36,694 bases of DNA from Deinococcales bacterium (GTDB lineage Bacteria; Deinococcota; Deinococci; Deinococcales; JAAFIG01), in assembly GCA_043778225.1 (NCBI GenBank), contig JAYWGM010000024.1, positions 1 to 36,694 on the forward strand, read 5' to 3'. How positions within the stretch are numbered: position 1 is the stretch's first letter; every line of letters starts with the position of its first letter. Positions 36,433-36,694 of the stretch are shown here, piece by piece. The translations under genes and the position numbers were made by a program. The notes beneath the pieces were generated by a model that worked only from the letters and a program-made list of their open reading frames with translations, had not been told where the DNA came from and ran no database searches.

Positions 36433-36539
36433 TAGATAGGAAGCTACCAATAAAGATTTCAACACCACTCAATTTTTTGTGAACCTTTCTCGAGTGATTT
36501 GCTCCCATATCACCATTGTACAAAAACCAGTATCTCGAG

Positions 36540-36681
36540 ACTGTCGCTCATAAAATCATACCGAATTAACTTAATCACTCTCGTTTGACCCAAAAACGGT
36601 CAAACTGTCGCTCAAGCGTTAATTCGGTCTTTTATCACTCCTTTTAGTCGGTTAATCAGTCAAAATACACAACTGATTAAC
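36540..36681. promoter_or_regulatory. Cluster of nested inverted and direct repeats (probable multi-operator region)
   Basis: ACCGAATTAAC/GTTAATTCGGT, TTTGACC/GGTCAAA, GTTAATCAGT/ACTGATTAAC and the direct repeat ACTGTCGCTCA x2. Confidence 0.55.
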
Positions 36682-36694
36682 ATAACTTGGTATG

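Larger units (their letters stand above)
135..36539. repeat. Highly iterated palindrome CTCGAG (about 260 copies)
   Basis: Manual line-by-line count of about 260, versus about 8-9 expected from base composition; found in genes on both strands and between genes. Confidence 0.97.

Noticed and set aside
135..36539. CTCGAG abundance as a cloning, linker or assembly artefact
   Set aside because: Sites sit in-frame inside intact conserved proteins in all three frames and track native versus foreign DNA.

Overview
Gene-dense bacterial chromosomal window (~48% GC). It is most consistent with a Deinococcota organism: many genes look leaderless (TANNNT 5-7 nt before the start codon) and several protein families fit that lineage. 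Contents in order: (1) a ~9 kb putative N-heterocycle (pterin/purine/pyrimidine-like) uptake and catabolism operon, comprising a NitT/TauT ABC transporter, a creatininase-family enzyme, two cytosine-deaminase-like amidohydrolases, an FAD oxidoreductase and an MTHFR-like protein; (2) housekeeping genes miaA, an HtrA-like protease, a peroxiredoxin, tam, leuD/leuC, asnS, htpG and a MalY/PatB enzyme; (3) an AT-rich island carrying an AbiF/Abi_2-type HEPN gene beside a candidate small structured RNA; (4) a Phd-VapC toxin-antitoxin pair and a second NitT/TauT ABC operon. The dominant unexplained signal is the palindrome CTCGAG. By hand count it occurs about 260 times (about 1 per 140 bp, versus about 8-9 expected), in all three reading frames and between genes, but is almost absent from the AT-rich island. 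This resembles a HIP1-like highly iterated palindrome outside cyanobacteria. REP-like hairpins, a 36-bp element inserted into REP-like sequences and several short tandem duplications are also present. No rRNA, tRNA, CRISPR array, integrase or transposase was seen. All counts are manual and all functional calls come from motif recognition, not database searches.
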